Shown here in pieces: positions 56,407-59,184 of a DNA stretch of 59,184 nucleotides. The translations under genes and the position numbers were made by a program. Position 1 is the first letter of the stretch. Each line of letters begins with the position of its first letter. Source of the DNA: Clostridia bacterium (GTDB taxonomy: Bacteria; Bacillota; Clostridia; Christensenellales; UBA1242); assembly GCA_045596905.1 (NCBI GenBank), contig JAZODG010000016.1, forward strand, positions 1-59,184, in the 5' to 3' direction. The notes beneath the pieces are model-generated. The model was not told the DNA's origin and did no database searches. It saw only the letters and a program-made list of their open reading frames with translations.

Positions 56407-58782
56407 ATGAAGATTTCATTAAATTGGATAAAAGATTATGTTGATTTATCTGGCATTGAAACAGATGAATTAGTGAAAAGATTCAATCTTTCAACAGCTG
56501 AAATTGAAGGAGTTGAATATAAAGGAAAAGACATTCAAAATGTTGTTTTTGGTAAAGTTTTATCAGTTGAAAATCATCCAGAATCAAATCACTTGCATAT
56601 TTTGAAAGTTGATGTTGGTGATGAACAATTGCAAATTGTTTGTGGCGCTCCAAACGTTAGAGTTGGAATGATTACTGCAGTTTGCAAAGTTGGTGGAAGT
56701 GTTATTGCTGGAAAGATTAAAGTTGGAAAGCTTGTTGGTGTTGAATCACATGGTATGTGTTGCGCTGAAGATGAGCTTGGTATTGGAGCTGATGACACTG
56801 GTATTATGGATATTTTGGAGCCAGTTCAAATTGGACAAAATATCAAAGAAGCTTGGCCTATTGATGACGTTGTTTTAGAAATTGACAACAAATCATTAAC
56901 AAACAGACCTGACCTTTGGGGACACTATGGTTTGGCTAGAGAATTTGCTGCGATTTTTGATAGACCACTTAAGAAAATGCCTATTGCAGACCTATCAGTC
57001 TATAACAATTTGCCAGAAGTAAAGGTTAATATCGAAACAGAAAATTGTTTCAGATACTCAAGTGTATGTGTTGAAAATGTAAACGAAAAGAAATCTCCAA
57101 GAGAAATGGCTATTCGTTTAAACTATGCAGGAATGAGAGATATTAATCTTCTTGCAGACCTTACAAACTATGTTATGCTTGACCTTGGACTTCCAATGCA
57201 CGCATTTGACAACAAGATTGTAAAGGGTATTAATGTTTTGTCATCTGATGGTGAAACAGTGATGACAACACTTGAAGGTGAAGAACATAAGCCACCAAAG
57301 AATGCAACACTTATTTGTGATGAAGCAAAAGAACCTGTTGCTATCGCTGGTGTAAAGGGTGGACTCAAGTCAGGTATTTCAGATGAAACAAATTCAGTTT
57401 TGTTTGAAGCTGCAGTATTTGATTGTGAAAATATTAGAAAGACATCAAGAGCAATTGGTCTTATTACAGACTCATCTCAAAGATATGAAAAATCTCTTGA
57501 CCCAGAACTTACTCCTGTTGCGCTTTCAAGAATTGTGTATTTGCTTCAAGAAATTGATAAGAATGTTAAGGTTTCATCAAGATTGTCAGATTGCTATAAA
57601 AAGAAATATGACAATATTGTTATTGATTTGGACCCTAACTTTATCGGAAAAATTGCTGGTGCAGATATTTCAAAAGAGTTTATTGTAAAAACACTTAAGG
57701 CGCTTGAGTTTGGTGTTGAAGAAGATGGTAAAAACTTAAAGGTTTCAGTTCCATCATTTAGAGCAACAAAAGACGTTTCAATCAAAGAAGATTTGGTTGA
57801 AGAAGTTGCAAGACTTTATGGATATGACAATATCGTTCCAAAGCCACTTGCATTTGATTGTGCTCCACAAAAATTGATTCAATCAATTGAACATGAATAT
57901 GCAGTGAAACTTATGCTTGCAGAAAAATACTGTGCAAACGAAATACATTCATACTTGTGGAACTTTGAAGATTTTAATAAACAAAACAAAATTGATATGA
58001 AGTCATATGTTCATTTGTTAGACTCTTCAAATGCTGGACAAAGTGGAATCAGAAGTGAGCTTTTGCCAACACTCATTAGATGTTTAGATGAAAACAAAAA
58101 CAACTACGAAGATGTTAGAGTGTTTGAAATCGGAAGAGTAGTTTCAGGATTAAACGAAGATAACACTGTTATTGAAAACAAGAAACTTGCTATTTTGTTC
58201 GCTTCACAAAATAAGACAGAATTTGAATTGTTTGAAGAAATGAAAAGGGCAATTGTTGATCTTTCAAAAAATATTGTTGGTGTTGATGTTGCCCTTGAAC
58301 CAGGTGAAACCGTTTCATACATGCATCCAGTAAATTCATTTAGAATCAAATCAAGAATTGCTGATTATGGTTACATGGGTGTGCTTCATCCAGTTGTTAA
58401 AAAATCAATCGACAAGAGATTTAACGTTGTTATGCTTGAAGTTGATTTTGTTGCTTTGGCAGAATCTCCATGTTATGCAAGAAAAATCAAGAGCGTGTCA
58501 AAATATCAAGCAGTTGAAATTGACTATAACATTTTGTGCGATGCAAATATGAAATATATTGAGCTTACAAAATTGCTTTCAAAATTCAAATCTAAAATCA
58601 TGACAGGTTATGAACTTGTTGATATTTATGAAAATAAAGATGTTTTGGGTGATAAAAAATCAGTTACTTTAAGATTTAATTTGGCAAGTTTTGACCACAC
58701 ATTGTCAGGTGAAGAAATTGAAAAGTTTAGAGCAGATTTAGAAGAACATATCAAAAAAGTTGGTCTTGAACTTAGAGTTTAA
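56407..58782 (+). CDS. pheT: Phenylalanyl-tRNA synthetase beta subunit
   Basis: IVCGAPNV, NRPDLWGHYG.ARE, DL.EEVARLYGY, FDX-ACB C-terminus. Confidence 0.97.
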   Translation: MKISLNWIKDYVDLSGIETDELVKRFNLSTAEIEGVEYKGKDIQNVVFGKVLSVENHPESNHLHILKVDVGDEQLQIVCGAPNVRVGMITAVCKVGGSVIAGKIKVGKLVGVESHGMCCAEDELGIGADDTGIMDILEPVQIGQNIKEAWPIDDVVLEIDNKSLTNRPDLWGHYGLAREFAAIFDRPLKKMPIADLSVYNNLPEVKVNIETENCFRYSSVCVENVNEKKSPREMAIRLNYAGMRDINLLADLTNYVMLDLGLPMHAFDNKIVKGINVLSSDGETVMTTLEGEEHKPPKNATLICDEAKEPVAIAGVKGGLKSGISDETNSVLFEAAVFDCENIRKTSRAIGLITDSSQRYEKSLDPELTPVALSRIVYLLQEIDKNVKVSSRLSDCYKKKYDNIVIDLDPNFIGKIAGADISKEFIVKTLKALEFGVEEDGKNLKVSVPSFRATKDVSIKEDLVEEVARLYGYDNIVPKPLAFDCAPQKLIQSIEHEYAVKLMLAEKYCANEIHSYLWNFEDFNKQNKIDMKSYVHLLDSSNAGQSGIRSELLPTLIRCLDENKNNYEDVRVFEIGRVVSGLNEDNTVIENKKLAILFASQNKTEFELFEEMKRAIVDLSKNIVGVDVALEPGETVSYMHPVNSFRIKSRIADYGYMGVLHPVVKKSIDKRFNVVMLEVDFVALAESPCYARKIKSVSKYQAVEIDYNILCDANMKYIELTKLLSKFKSKIMTGYELVDIYENKDVLGDKKSVTLRFNLASFDHTLSGEEIEKFRADLEEHIKKVGLELRV

Positions 58783-58786
58783 ACAT

Positions 58787-58820
58787 AAAATAAGATAGCG
58801 TTTCGCTATCTTATTTTTTT
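58787..58820. terminator. Bidirectional terminator
   Basis: AAAATAAGATAGCG-TTT-CGCTATCTTATTTTTTT. Confidence 0.85.
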
Positions 58821-59184
58821 ATTTCAGATAAAAATTTTTCATCAGAACTTGATGAGTTTTCATTCTTTTTAAATAGGCAAAAAACTGAAAATAATAACAT
58901 GATTGAACCTGTGATTAAATAGAAAAAAGAGAATGGAATAAAGAGTGAAAACAGTAAAAGAGATAGACCAGAAAAGAAGAAATGTTTGAATTGTTTTTTT
59001 GTTAAAATAACTTTTTTTGACATGTAATTTTTTGCTTGATTTTTGAAAGAAATTTTTTGTTTTTCTTCTTTCAAAATTGGAAAGATGTTTTTTTGCTCCA
59101 TTATTTTTGTGATAATGTCAGGAGATAGAAGGTTAATTTTTAAGCTTGTAATTTTGAATAAATTTTCAAACGATTCATCATAAG
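58811..59184 (-). CDS. Hypothetical membrane protein, C-terminal part (5' end outside window)
   Basis: The frame stays open from the Met at 59101 to the window edge (YDESFENLFKITSLK...); two C-terminal TM segments. Confidence 0.6.
   Translation of the reverse strand, partial: YDESFENLFKITSLKINLLSPDIITKIMEQKNIFPILKEEKQKISFKNQAKNYMSKKVILTKKQFKHFFFSGLSLLLFSLFIPFSFFYLITGSIMLLFSVFCLFKKNENSSSSDEKFLSEIKK

Overview
A 59-kb, AT-rich, gene-dense chromosomal segment from a spore-forming Clostridia-like Firmicute (spoVB, spoIVFB, ctsR operon, rplU-prp-rpmA, T-box); the taxonomy is inferred from gene content. It holds housekeeping genes (uvrA, polA, gmk, obgE, pheST, nth, hpf), seven tRNAs, an rnfCDEAB operon, a 2,072-aa surface protein and many orphan membrane or lipoproteins. 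I found no mobile elements or CRISPR arrays. Top finding: a MetRS-fold class I synthetase (37788-39863) with a remodelled amino-acid pocket and no anticodon-binding Trp. It sits behind an apparently leaderless 11-codon leader peptide, MEIRVNQQQQN, with a complete protector/antiterminator/terminator attenuator. This suggests it responds to Gln-tRNA supply and may not be a Met enzyme (candidate non-canonical Gln-related synthetase). Other highlights are a rare A34 tRNA-Leu(AAG), an Rnf operon lacking rnfG and its flavin and membrane Fe-S motifs, several intact-frame 'pseudo-enzymes' (Ppx, MreB-like, McsB, macrodomain, ABC ATPase), a ClpC without a ClpP-docking loop, and several apparently leaderless genes. 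All motif comparisons were made by eye against remembered family consensus and need real alignments.
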